Below, piece by piece: positions 31,215-42,500 of a stretch of DNA of 64,000 nt (the first letter of the stretch is position 1; each line of letters begins with the position of its first letter). Made by a program: the position numbers and the translations under genes. The notes beneath the pieces are model-generated. The model ran no database searches and was not told the origin of the DNA. It worked only from the letters and a program-made list of their open reading frames with translations. Source of the stretch: Nitrospirota bacterium. GTDB lineage: Bacteria > Nitrospirota > UBA9217. The stretch is taken from positions 1,120,001 through 1,184,000 of the forward strand of contig CAVUCU010000001.1 of NCBI GenBank assembly GCA_963740085.1, in the 5' to 3' direction.

Positions 31215-32511
31215 TTACCTCTTCAGCTGTTCGTGGCACTGGACGCAGAGATCCATGCCGAATTGAAAGTGGGCCAGGCGTTTCTGGTCAGATCCGTGCG
31301 ATTTATGGCAGCTCAGGCAGTCGAGCGTCAGGTTCTTGTTCCTCGGGTCTATTGCCTTTTCTCCTATCGGGTGCGACGAATGATGCGTGAAGTCGTGACA
31401 GGTGCTGCAGAGCGCAATGACGTCCTTGTCATTCAGCAGGAGGACATTATCGGAGGCATGAGGAGAATGGCAGGTCGTGCACATCCCTTGCTCCACGGGA
31501 ACGTGCTTGGAAAGGGCCTTCTCCTGTCTCGTGATCGTGTCCTTGTGACAACCACCGCAGACGTCCTTCATCGAGTCCCCCTATCAGGAGGGACGCCTGC
31601 TTCGAAGCGTGAGGGTTATGACAGTTCAGACAGCCCCGACGGTCCAGCAGGGGCCAGTGGATCCGGTTCTTCGACAAGGCCGAATTGACCATGTCGTAGT
31701 GGCATCCGCGGCAGAGCTCAAAGCCGGTCTTCTTGGTCTTGAACGGCGTTGTTGAGGTGGGCTCTTCGTGACACTGGTTGCACAACTTATTTGCGACCGG
31801 GGGGTGCACGGTATCATAGAGCAGGGAGCTCCGCGATGACCCGTGCGGATTATGGCACGTCGTGCAACGGGCATTGCCGACAGGATAATTCGCATGGGCT
31901 TTGAGGAAGAACGGCTTGTCGGTCTGATGGCAGTCCTTGCAGAGGCCGGGGACGTCCTTCTTGAGGAGATGAAGGGCCGCGGTCGACGCGTGGGGATCGT
32001 GGCACGTCAGGCATCCCGATGACACGGGCTTGTGCTTGCGTTTCGCCTTGTCTATTGCGTCGCCCAGTTCCTTGTGGCACTCAACGCAGAGTTTGTTGCC
32101 GGCAAGTTTGAGATTGTACTTGTTGGCCGCCGCGTGGGGGTCATGACATTTGACACAGCCTCCCTCTGCAACGACCTTGTGACTGCTCTTCGCCTTTTCG
32201 GGTATTACCGCCGCATGGCACGTATAGCATATCTTGCTGGTATCGGCCGTCAGAAGCTTGGCGTGTGAGGAGGTATGCGGGCTGTGGCATCCGATGCATT
32301 CTCCCTGCCTGAGCGGCGTATGCACAAAGGCGTTCTTCAGCTTTTCGGCGAACGTCGTGTGACAGCCAAGGCAGATCTTACCCTCGGCCCCGGGTTTCAG
32401 CTTGAAATTGTCCTTCGCATCCGAGCGGATGACGGCGGCCGCAAGAGAACAGGTGACGATGAGCAGTATCAAAACGATCCTGGTTTTCATATTCGACGTT
32501 ATCCTTTTCAT
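31215..32511 (-). CDS. 16-heme cytochrome c (one frameshift near 31575)
   Basis: 11 CxxCH motifs in ORF 31447-32532 and 5 in ORF 31215-31571; the ATG at 32511 overlaps the upstream stop. Confidence 0.88.
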
Positions 32512-34490
32512 TGCTTGCCCACGATATGGCATGTCTCACAGGACCGTGCAGCAAAGGGCGGATGCATCACCTGTTTGAAAAATTTCGGGTCCTTGGACGT
32601 ATGGGGATCATGGCAGTGTCTGCAATCCATGCTTTTCGGGTCGATCCCGATATGGGACTTCACGAACGAATCACGGGTAAAATCGTGACAGTTGCCGCAC
32701 AGTTCCGGTACCTTCTGGACGAGCAGGGTGGTCTGGGCCGAGAAATGGGGCATATGGCACGTCAGACAGTTCCCTTCGGCTGGAGAATGCACATTTTCCT
32801 TCCCCATCCTCTCTTTCATGTCCTTGTGGCAGGTCAGGCAGAGGTCCGGGCTCTGCGCCAGAAGAAGACTTTTCAGTTTCGACTTGTGAGGACTGTGGCA
32901 CTTCGTACACTCTCCGCCCGTGACCGGAGCATGCTTGCTGGCGCCTTCCTTAAGCGCTTTCTCCAGGTCAGGGTGGCAGGTGAAGCAGATCGCGTCCTGT
33001 TTTTGCACGAGCATCCCGCCGATGTTGCTGCCGTGCGGGTCATGGCAGGTGAGGCAATCGCCCGCGACGAATGGCGGATGATTGGTCCCCCCGACCTCCT
33101 CTTTCATGAGGTCGCCGTGGCACTGCTTGCAAAGATCGGAGCCCGAGGCCTTCAGGATCTTCGGAATGTCGGAGCCGTGGGGATTGTGGCACGCGTTGCA
33201 CTGGCCACTGGTCACCGGCTGATGGGTATAATTCCTCGCAAATTTCAGTTCCGCGTCGGAATGGCAGGAGTAGCAGACCGTGTCCATCCTGTTTTTCAGC
33301 ATATTCTGGAAATTCGAGCCATGGGGATTATGACAGGAGGTGCACATATCCGCGTCGAACGGCGAATGGGGGCTCTTGCTTTTCTTAGATTCTTTCGTCT
33401 TTTCATGGCAGGTAAAACAGAGCTCACCGTCCTTTGCCAGAAGCAATTTCTCGTTCTTGGCGGCATGGGGTGCGTGACAGGTCAGGCAGCCCTTGCCGGT
33501 GGTGACCGCGGCATGGGAGACGGCTGTCGTTTCTCCCTTGTCGGGATGACAGCTGAAACACAGCTTGTTGCCGGCATCGGCAAGGAGCTTCGAATTCTCC
33601 GAATCATGGGGATTGTGGCAGGAAAGGCACATGCCGCCCTGGAACGGCGCGTGTTCGATCTTGCCGCCGGCCTTGAGCCCGGCCTGATCGTGGCACTGAT
33701 AACAGAGCTCCCCTCCGCTGAGCGTCGTATCGAAGGGCTTATCGGAGGTTGCGGGCTTGTGACACATGTCGCAGCTCACCGCAGCCATGGGGTTATGCAC
33801 ACTTGTCTTCAGGAGCTTGGCCTGTACCGAAGAATGGGGGTTGTGACACGTTGTACAGGTCTTGCTGCGAACAGGATACCCGCCATGCGCCTTCTTGAAG
33901 GGTTCCTTCTCGCTGTCGTGACACGCCAGGCAGAGCGCAGGTTCTGCGGTCTTCAGCAGGTTCGCCTCGTCGGAGCCATGGGAAACGTGGCATACGCTGC
34001 ATCCGCCGGTCTGCAGGGGCTTATGCACCACTTTCTTTTCGAACTGTTCCCTTGCGTGGCACTGATAGCAGAGGTCGGTCCCTTCGGCTTTGAGCAGGTG
34101 GTCCGACTGCGATGCATGCGGGTTATGGCAGAGCGCGCATTGCCCGTTCTTCAGCACGCTGTGGACATGCGCCTTGGTCAAGCCGAGCTTCTCCTGGCTG
34201 TGGCAGGGGAAGCAGACCTGGTTGCCGACGCCCTTGAGAATGAGCTTGGGGACGATCCCGTGGCGGAGGTGACAACTTTCGCATTTCTTTTCTTTCGCCA
34301 CCGGATGGACATACTTCATCGAAAAATATTTTTGCTCGAATTTGGTATGGCAGTCGAGGCAGTCCTTGCGGGCGAACGTCTGTCTGTTCAACGAGGGGCC
34401 GCACGAGCTCAGGAATATCGATCCTGCAAGGACAATAAGCGCTGCCGCGGCGGCAACGGCATAGATACGGTTTTTCATGAGTGGGACCAT
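32508..34490 (-). CDS. 26-heme cytochrome c, probable lipoprotein
   Basis: 26 CxxCH motifs counted in paired CxxCH..PH / CxxCH repeats; lipobox LSSC. Confidence 0.93.
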   Translation of the reverse strand: MVPLMKNRIYAVAAAAALIVLAGSIFLSSCGPSLNRQTFARKDCLDCHTKFEQKYFSMKYVHPVAKEKKCESCHLRHGIVPKLILKGVGNQVCFPCHSQEKLGLTKAHVHSVLKNGQCALCHNPHASQSDHLLKAEGTDLCYQCHAREQFEKKVVHKPLQTGGCSVCHVSHGSDEANLLKTAEPALCLACHDSEKEPFKKAHGGYPVRSKTCTTCHNPHSSVQAKLLKTSVHNPMAAVSCDMCHKPATSDKPFDTTLSGGELCYQCHDQAGLKAGGKIEHAPFQGGMCLSCHNPHDSENSKLLADAGNKLCFSCHPDKGETTAVSHAAVTTGKGCLTCHAPHAAKNEKLLLAKDGELCFTCHEKTKESKKSKSPHSPFDADMCTSCHNPHGSNFQNMLKNRMDTVCYSCHSDAELKFARNYTHQPVTSGQCNACHNPHGSDIPKILKASGSDLCKQCHGDLMKEEVGGTNHPPFVAGDCLTCHDPHGSNIGGMLVQKQDAICFTCHPDLEKALKEGASKHAPVTGGECTKCHSPHKSKLKSLLLAQSPDLCLTCHKDMKERMGKENVHSPAEGNCLTCHMPHFSAQTTLLVQKVPELCGNCHDFTRDSFVKSHIGIDPKSMDCRHCHDPHTSKDPKFFKQVMHPPFAARSCETCHIVGKQ

Positions 34491-34513
34491 CCTGTCTCCC
34501 TGATTGCGGTTTG

Positions 34514-36220
34514 TTAATCTTTCAGATACACCTTAATATCGGCGCTGCTTCTGAGCTTTGCGACCCAGTCGGCAAGCCCTGCCTGGACGTGTTCACGATA
34601 CAACTGCTTTGCGATCGGCTCCCTGACCGTGAGATAGTCCTCGGTCTCCGGAGGGAACACGGACACGACGGAAATGACATAGAAATAGCCTTCCGGGCTC
34701 TCGTACAGCCTGAAATCCCCGGCGCCCGCTCCCGACAGGGCGGCCTTGAGGCCCTCGTCCAGTTCCGTTGTCACGAGGATCGTTCCGTTCAACTTCAGGA
34801 GTCCCTCTGCATCCTTGGCAACCTGCCCGCCAGCGTTTTTTTGTATCCAGGAAAGCTGGTCGCCTGCCCGGAGTTTTTGCATGGCATCCTCCGCGTCGCT
34901 CCTTTTCTTGAAAACGACGCTGTCCAGCTTCATCGACTCGGGCGACGTGTAGTCGGCGCGGTGGCCTTCATAATATGTCTTGATCTCCGATTCCATGACC
35001 TTGATATCAGGCAGAACGACCTTCTGCACAAACATGCCGAAGACCAGGGAGTTCTCGTAGGTCCGGACCAGGACGCCATACGCCTCGGTCTTTTCAATGC
35101 CTTCGAGCTTTGCCTCTTTCACGAGGACCTTTCTCTCTATCAGCCCGTCCAGGACATCATATTTTTGAGCTTTCAGCTCTTTCTTACCGATGGCGCGTTC
35201 GACACCGTGAAAGTATTTCCGCTGCACTGCCGCGGCCAGGTCCGACACCTTTATCTGTTCGTCGCCCCCGATGACGGTGATCACACGCTCATCTTTTAAT
35301 AACTTGTCGAACTCGTCGACCGAGGCCCCCAGGTCAAGGCTGTCGAGCAGTTTCGTGTCGGTCTTGGCGAGCTTCGTTTTCAGGGTTTCGATGAATTGTT
35401 GTGATGCCTCCGCTTTCTTGAGCCGGAGCGCCTCCTGCGCGGCCCATTCCCTCTTGTCCGGAGACTCCTCGCGGCGGGTGTCCTCCAGCTTCACGAGCAC
35501 ATATCCCCCGGGCACGGATATGACCGGGCTTACGGAACCCGTCCCCATCGTAAGAAGCGCGTCGCCGATCGCAGGGATGGTCTCGCTGCCTTTCATATAG
35601 CCGCCTTCTATTATCCCCTTCTTTGTCTTGCCCTTGCTGGCGGCAACGGCCTTGTCCGCAAGCTTGTCAAAACTGCCGCCTGCCCTGACCTCCGTCTCCA
35701 TGTGCTTCGCATCAGCTTCATTCGGGAACAGGACCGACTCGAACTTCCATTCCCTGATGGCTTTTTCATAGAGATTCTCAACCACGCTTTCATCGGCCTT
35801 CACGTCCTTTACCGCCTGCTTCATGAGAAGGGTTCTCAGGGCCTTTTGGGAGTAGTTCTCCACCTCTTCCCTGACCTCCGGCAGTTCGTTCAGCCCGATC
35901 CTCTTTGCCTCCTGCACAATAAGCCGCGCGTCGATCATGCGCTTCAACAGGCCGGCATAATCGATCCGCCCCGGTTTTTTCTCATCGGCCTTTTTCACGG
36001 CCGCCATCTCGTCTGCGTTTTCCTTTGCCTCTGCCATCTGAGCGTGCAGGGCGGAAATTTCCTGCTGATACTCTTCCCGGGTGATGGGTTCGCTGTTCAC
36101 CATTGCCACGGTTTCCTTGCCGTCGATAAGGGGAAGTTTGTGCGTTGCTACACATGCCGTCGTTCCCGCCATCAGGACAACAAGCAACAGAAGACCGAAC
36201 CGTGACGCAATGCTATTCAT
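34514..36220 (-). CDS. oscH: SurA/PpiC-type peptidyl-prolyl isomerase chaperone lipoprotein (OscH-like)
   Basis: VAMVNSEPIT SurA-like N-terminus, two rotamase-like regions (GSVSPVI...GYVLVKL), C-terminal LRSSADIKVY; position in the cluster. Confidence 0.75.
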   Translation of the reverse strand: MNSIASRFGLLLLVVLMAGTTACVATHKLPLIDGKETVAMVNSEPITREEYQQEISALHAQMAEAKENADEMAAVKKADEKKPGRIDYAGLLKRMIDARLIVQEAKRIGLNELPEVREEVENYSQKALRTLLMKQAVKDVKADESVVENLYEKAIREWKFESVLFPNEADAKHMETEVRAGGSFDKLADKAVAASKGKTKKGIIEGGYMKGSETIPAIGDALLTMGTGSVSPVISVPGGYVLVKLEDTRREESPDKREWAAQEALRLKKAEASQQFIETLKTKLAKTDTKLLDSLDLGASVDEFDKLLKDERVITVIGGDEQIKVSDLAAAVQRKYFHGVERAIGKKELKAQKYDVLDGLIERKVLVKEAKLEGIEKTEAYGVLVRTYENSLVFGMFVQKVVLPDIKVMESEIKTYYEGHRADYTSPESMKLDSVVFKKRSDAEDAMQKLRAGDQLSWIQKNAGGQVAKDAEGLLKLNGTILVTTELDEGLKAALSGAGAGDFRLYESPEGYFYVISVVSVFPPETEDYLTVREPIAKQLYREHVQAGLADWVAKLRSSADIKVYLKD

Positions 36221-36308
36221 TAAAACTCCTTCGCTCGTGGATATTCACGATTTTACCGGTTGTTATTTTTTAAAGCAAGGCATAAATATACCACAAATCT
36301 TTTAATGT

Positions 36309-36324
36309 TGCAATCAATATGCCA
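36309..36324 (-). promoter_or_regulatory. Sigma-54 -24/-12 promoter upstream of the PPIase-cytochrome genes
   Basis: Minus strand TGGCATATTGATTGCA matches TGGC-N7-TTGCA. Confidence 0.7.
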
Positions 36325-36420
36325 GTCGCCAGCAGCTTATGGTAACTCATAACTGCTCATTTTTTAATAAAAATCCGACTGCCCGGGATGGTTCACCATA
36401 TAACCCGAAGGTGCGTACAT

Positions 36421-36454
36421 GGTAAAATGACCGGATTGTCGTGGTCATTTTACC
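36421..36454. promoter_or_regulatory. Candidate enhancer-binding protein site (perfect 12-bp inverted repeat)
   Basis: ggtaaaatgacc-N10-ggtcattttacc about 100 bp upstream of the sigma-54 promoter; similar to tggtcaaatgacca at 55057-55070. Confidence 0.5.
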
Positions 36455-36509
36455 GGAGAGGCATTGCATGACCTATATATGTGCCGAATGCCGCCTTCAT
36501 CCGGAGCCT

Positions 36510-39500
36510 TCATTGCTGCTCGATCATTTTTCGTATTGCGCTTGCCATGTCAGCCGCAAGTGCATGGACGGTATTGATCCGCCCCCAGTCGAACAGGTAT
36601 ACGGCGTCGTCCCCTTCATTGCGGCTGCTGGACGACCATACGACCTGCTGGTTCCTTCGGTTTATCAGCAGCAGGGAAAATCCAACCTTCGGTTTGCCGG
36701 AACCGACGGCGTGCTCCCGGTAATCCAGGACCCTGCCGGTAAGGATCAGGTCTGCATTCAATTCGCCCGCTATGAGATCGGCGTCCGAAAGGGATATTCC
36801 CTCGTACATGATTATCCGGTAATCGAGCAGTTTCTCTATGATAAGGCCGGGTTCTACGACGGTGAAATGTCCTCCTTTGATAAGCTCTCTCAGGAAATGC
36901 AGCGCCATGATCTCGCCTGCATATTTCCTGCTGCTTTCATTTGTAAAGGGCATTATGGCTATCCGGGGCGGCGCGTCAGCGTCGAGCACGGTCACCGTAT
37001 GCGTCATGCGTTCACCCGGCGTTGCATTTACCGGCTTCCCGAGTGTCACGATGATCGTCTTGTTGTCTTCATAGTGTCTATCGTCAATGAGGGCCAGGGT
37101 GATGGCGCCGGTCGTTTCCCCTGCCCTGATGGTGAGGGGGCCCGGCGTCATGACCCGGTAGTTCTTCCCGTCAACTGCTGTCCCGCTTACTGTAAAGGGC
37201 ACCATCACGTCCTTGCCGTGTACGGCAGAGAGCTGCACGGTCACCACAGCCGAGCCGTTGTTCTCCCGCACTTCCTGTCCCGGCGCAGTGAAGGTCACCG
37301 TGGGCTCGGGGTCGTTGTCGATGATCGTATAGGTATGGACGGTCTGTTTGCCCAGGACCGCGTTGACGGGGTTCGAGAGCGTCACCTCGATCGTCTCGTT
37401 GTCTTCGTGGAGCTTGTCATCGATGATCCCGATGTCGATGGTCTTGGACAGCTCCCCGGGCTCGAAGACGAGCGTGCCGTTTTTGAGGGTATAGTCCGTG
37501 GTGTTCTCTGCCGTACCGCCCGTGATCGCGTATTCCACGCTGGCCCGCTTGCCGCTTGCCTCGCTCAACGATACTTCGATCTTCGCAGGGCCCTTTCCTT
37601 CATCTCCACTGGAGTCCTTCAATGTGAAGGCTACGGCCGGGGGTGGATCGTTGTCTCTGATGGTTATGATGTTGACCGGGTGCGCGCCAAGGGTCGCGTT
37701 CACCGGAGTCCCCATGGTCACGATGATCGTCTCATTGTCCTCGTAGAGGTGATCGTCTATCGGCGTGATGGTGATGGTCCCGCTTTTCTCTCCGGCCTTG
37801 ATGACCAGCGGGCCTGGCGTGATGGTGTAATCGGTCCCTTCCTGCGCTGTCCCGCTCACGGTGAAGGGCACGGTCACGTCCTTGCCGTGTATGGCGGAGA
37901 GCTGCATTGTCACCATTGCCGGCCCGTTGTTCTCCTGCACTTCCTGTCCCGGCGCAGTGAAGGTCACCGTGGGCTCGGGGTCGTTGTCGATGATCGTATA
38001 GGTATGGACGGTCTGTTTGCCCAGGACCGCGTTGACGGGGTTTGCGAGCGTCACCTCGATCGTCTCGTTGTCTTCGTGGAGCTCGTCGTCGATGATCCCG
38101 ATGTCGATGGTCTTGACTGTCTCCCCGGGCTCGAAGACGAGCGTGCCGTTCGTGAGGGTATAATCCTTGTTGTTCTCTGCCGTGCCGCCCGTGATCGCGT
38201 ATTCCACGCTGGCCCGCTTGCCGCTGGCCTCGCCCAGGGATACTTCGATCTTCGCAGGGCCCTTACCTTCATCTCCACTGGAGTCCTTCAATGTGAAGGC
38301 TACGGCCGGGGGTGGATCGTTGTCTCTGATGGTTGTGATGTTGACCGGGTGCGCGCCAAGGGTCGCGTTCACCGGAGTCCCCATGGTCATGATGATCGAC
38401 TCATTGTCCTCGTAGAGGTGATCGTCTATCGGCGTGATGGTGATGGTCCCGCTTGTCTCGCCGGCCTTGATGACCAGCGGGCCTGGCGTGATGGTGTAAT
38501 CGGCCCTTTCCTGCGCTGTCCCGCTCAAGGTGAAGGGCACGGTCACGTCCTTGCCGGAGACAACGGAGAGCTGTACTGTTACCACAGCCGGCCCGTTGTT
38601 CTCCTGCACTTCCTGTCCCGGCGCAGTGAAGGTCACCGTGGGCTCGGGGTCGTTGTCGATGATCGTATAGGTATGGACGATCTGTTTGCCCAGGATCGCG
38701 TTGACGGGGTTCGAGAGCTTCAATTCGATCGTCCTGTCGCCGCGGTAGAGCTTGTCATCGACGATCCCGATGTCGATGGTCTTGGACAGCTCCCCGGGTT
38801 CGAAGACGAGCGTGCCGTTCTTGAGGGTATAATCCTTGTTGTTCTCTGCCGTGCCGCCCGTGATCGTGTATGCCACGCTGGCCCGCTTTCCGCTCGCCTC
38901 GCTCAACGATACTTCGATCTTCGCAGGGCTCTTTCCCTCATCTCCCTGAGACTCCTGGAACAGGAAGTCGACGGCTGGAGGCGGATCATTTTCAACGATG
39001 GTCTCGGTCTGCTGGGTTTGGGCACCCGCGGTCGCGTTTACCGGCGCTTCCATGGTAACGATGATCGTCTTATTGTCCTCGTACAGCTTATTATCCATGA
39101 GGGCCAGGGTGATAGCGCCGGTCGTTTCCCCTGCCCTGATGGTGAGCGGGTTCGGGGTCATGACCCGGTAGTTCTTTCCGTCAATTGCTGTCCCGCTCAG
39201 CGTAAAAGGCACGGTCACGTCCTTGCCGGATGCGGCAGAGAGTTTCAGGGATGCGGTTACCTTTCCCATGTCCTCCTTGACTTCCTGTCCCGGCGCAGTG
39301 AAGGTCACCGTGGGCTCGGGGTCGTTGTCGATGATCGTATAGGTATGGACGGTCTGTTTGCCCGGGACCGCGTTGACGGGGTTCGAGAGCGTCACCTCGA
39401 TCGTCTCGTTGTCTTCGTGGAGCTTGTCATCGATGATCCCGATGTCGATGGTCTTGACTGTCTCCCCGGGCTCGAAGACGAGCGTGCCGTTCGTGAGGGT

Positions 39501-42500
39501 ATAGTCGGTGTTGTTCTCTGCCGTGCCGCCCGTGATCGCGTATTCCACGCTGGCCCGCTTTCCGCTCGCTCCGCTCAACGATACTTCGATCTTCGCAGGA
39601 CTCTTACCTTCATCTCCACTGGAGTCCTTCAATGCGAAGGCCACGACCGGCGGAGGGTCGCTCTCCACAACAGTCACCCGGTGCACCGGGTGCGCGCCCA
39701 GCGTTGCGTTCACCGGGGCCCCTATCGACACAAAGATCACCTTATTGTCCTCGTACAGCTTATCATCCATGAGGGCCAGGGTGATAGCGCCGGTCGTTTC
39801 CCCGGCCTTGATGAAGAGCGGGCCTGGGGTCACGACCCGGTAGTTCTTCCCGTCAATCGCTGTCCCGCTCACCATAAAGGGCACGATCACGTCCTTGCCG
39901 GAGACCGGGGAGAGCTTTACGGATATTGTTATCTCTCCGTCGGCCTCCCTGACGTCCTGTGCCGGCGAGGCGAAGGACACTGACGGGGGAGGGTCGTTCT
40001 CGACAATGGTATAGGTATGGACCGTCTGTTTGCCGAGGACCGCGTTGACGGGGTTCGAGAGCGTCACCTCGATCGTCTTGTTGTCATTGTATATCCTGTC
40101 ATCGATGATCCTCATGTCGATGCTCTTGGACGTCTCTCCGGGCTTAAAGGCAAGCGTCCCGTTTTTCAGGACAAAGTTCCTGCCGTTGACGGCCGTGCCG
40201 CCCGTGACCGCGTACGCCAGCGTGACCTTCCTGCTGCCGGCCGCGCTCAGCGATACAGGGATCTTCGCAAGACCCTTCTTCTCATACCCTGCAGAGCCTG
40301 ACGCGACAAAACTTACAGTTGGAGCCGGCTCTTCACTTGCCGTTGGTTTCGATGCAATATCGGTTTGCCCTGGTAAAGTACGCGTATGCACACGGGTATT
40401 TCCCAGGATTGCGTTGACGGGGTTCGAAAGCGTCACCTCGATCGACTCGTTGTCCTGATGGAGTGTGTCATCGATGCTTCCAATATCGATGGTCTTGACT
40501 GTCTCCCCGGGCTCGAAGACAAGCATGCCTCTTGTCCGCGTATGATCTTTTGTTTGAGCGGCAATACCTCCGGCGATCGCATACTCTATCGTGGTCCTTC
40601 TGCCGCTGACCGTGCTCAGCACTACGTTGATCTTTTCAGGACCCTGCCCCTCTTCACCAGGAGCGTCCTTGGACTGGAAATCAACGACCGGCGGAGGGTC
40701 GCTCTCCACGACAGTCAACCGGTGCACCGGGTGCGCGCCCAGCGTCGCGTTCACCGGGGCCCCTATCGACACGAAGATCACCTTATTGTCCTCGTACAGC
40801 TTATCATCCATGAGGGCCAGGGTGATAGCGCCGGTCGTTTCCCCGGCCCTGATGAAGAGCGGGCTTGGGGTCACGACCCGGTAGTTCTTCCCGTCAATCG
40901 CTGTCCCGCTCACCATAAAGGGCACGATCACGTCCTTGCCGGATGCGGCAGAGAGTTTTACGGATACGGTTACTTTTTCACTCGTCCTCCCTGATCTCCT
41001 GTGCCGGCGAGGCGAAGGTCACTGACGGGGGAGGGTCGTTCTCGACAATGGTATAGGTATGGACCGTCTGTTTGCCCAGGACCGCGTTGACGGGGTTCGA
41101 AAGCGTCACCTCGATCGTCTTGTTCTCATTGTATATCCTGTCATCGATGATCCTCATGTCGATGCTCTTGGACGTCTCTCCGGGCTTAAAGACAAGCGTC
41201 CCGTTTTTCAGGACAAAGTTCCTGCCGGTTACGGCCGTGCCGCCCGTGACCGCGTACGCCACCGTGATAGTTTTACTGCTCTTTGCGTCCAACGATGCAA
41301 TAAGAACAGCGCGTCCAACTGATTCCTTACCCCGGGAAGCGGCTGCGGAAAAAGAAACCGCAGGGGGAAGATCGTTATCAATAATGGTATAGGTATGGAC
41401 GGTCTGTTTGCCCAGGACCGCGTTGACGGGGTTCGAGAGCGTCACCTCGATCGTCTCGTTGTCTTCGTGGAGCTTATCGTCGATGATCCCGATGTCGATG
41501 CTCTTGGACAGCTCCCCGGGCTCGAGGACGAGCGTGCCGTTTTTCAGGGTGTAGTCCCTGTTGTTTGCCGCAGTACCGCCCGTGACCGCATACTTTACCG
41601 TAATTCTTTTTCTGCTTAGGGCGCTCAGCGCGACGTCGATCCTCGCGGGCGTTACGCCTTCATCCCCGCTGGATTCCTTCATTAAAAGGCAACGGCAGGG
41701 GGCGGATCGCTCTCAACAACGGCCAGGCGGTGCACCAGGCTCTTACCTGGCGTTGCATTGACGGGCTTCCCGAGGGTCACGATGATCGTCTTGGTGCCAT
41801 CATCATATTGCTTATCGTCAATGAGGGCCAGGGTGATTGCGCCGGTGATCGTGCCTGCCTTGATCGTGAGCGGGTTGGGGGACATGATCCGGTAGTTCTT
41901 CCCGTCAACTGCTGTCCCGCTCACGGTAAAGGGCACGATCACGTCCTTGCCGGAAACAACAGAGAGCTTTACTGATACGCTTACTTTTCCCGCGTTCTCC
42001 CGCACTTCCTGTCCCGGCGCAGTGAAGGTCACCGTGGGCTCGGGGTCGTTGTCGATGATCGTATAGGTATGGACCGTCTGTTTGCCCAGGACCGCGTTGA
42101 CGGGGTTCGAGAGCGTCACCTCGATCGTCTCGTTGTCTTCGTGGAGCTTGTCATCGATGATCCCGATGTCGATGGTCTTGGACAGTTCCCCGGGCTCGAA
42201 GACGAGCGTGCCGTTTTTGAGGGTATAGTCCGTATTGTTCTCTGCCGTGCCGCCCGTGATCGCGTATTCCACGCTGGCCCGCTTGCCGCTTGCCTCGCTC
42301 AACGATACTTCGATCTTCGCAGGGCTCTTTCCCTCATCTCCACTGGAGTCCTTCAGCACAAAGGCTACGGCCGGGGGAGGATCGTTGTCTCTGATGGTTA
42401 TGATGTTGACCGGGTGCGCGCCAAGGGTCGCGTTCACCGGAGCCCCCATGGTCACGATGATCGTCTCATTGTCCTCATAGAGGTGATCGTCTATCGGCGT

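Noticed and set aside
32511-34517. 668-aa plus-strand ORF
   Set aside because: Antisense shadow of the 26-heme cytochrome; its VAG/MAG repeats mirror the CxxCH codons.
36441-39983. 1180-aa plus-strand ORF (also 42069-43664)
   Set aside because: Antisense shadow of the repetitive Calx-beta gene, with no recognisable protein features.
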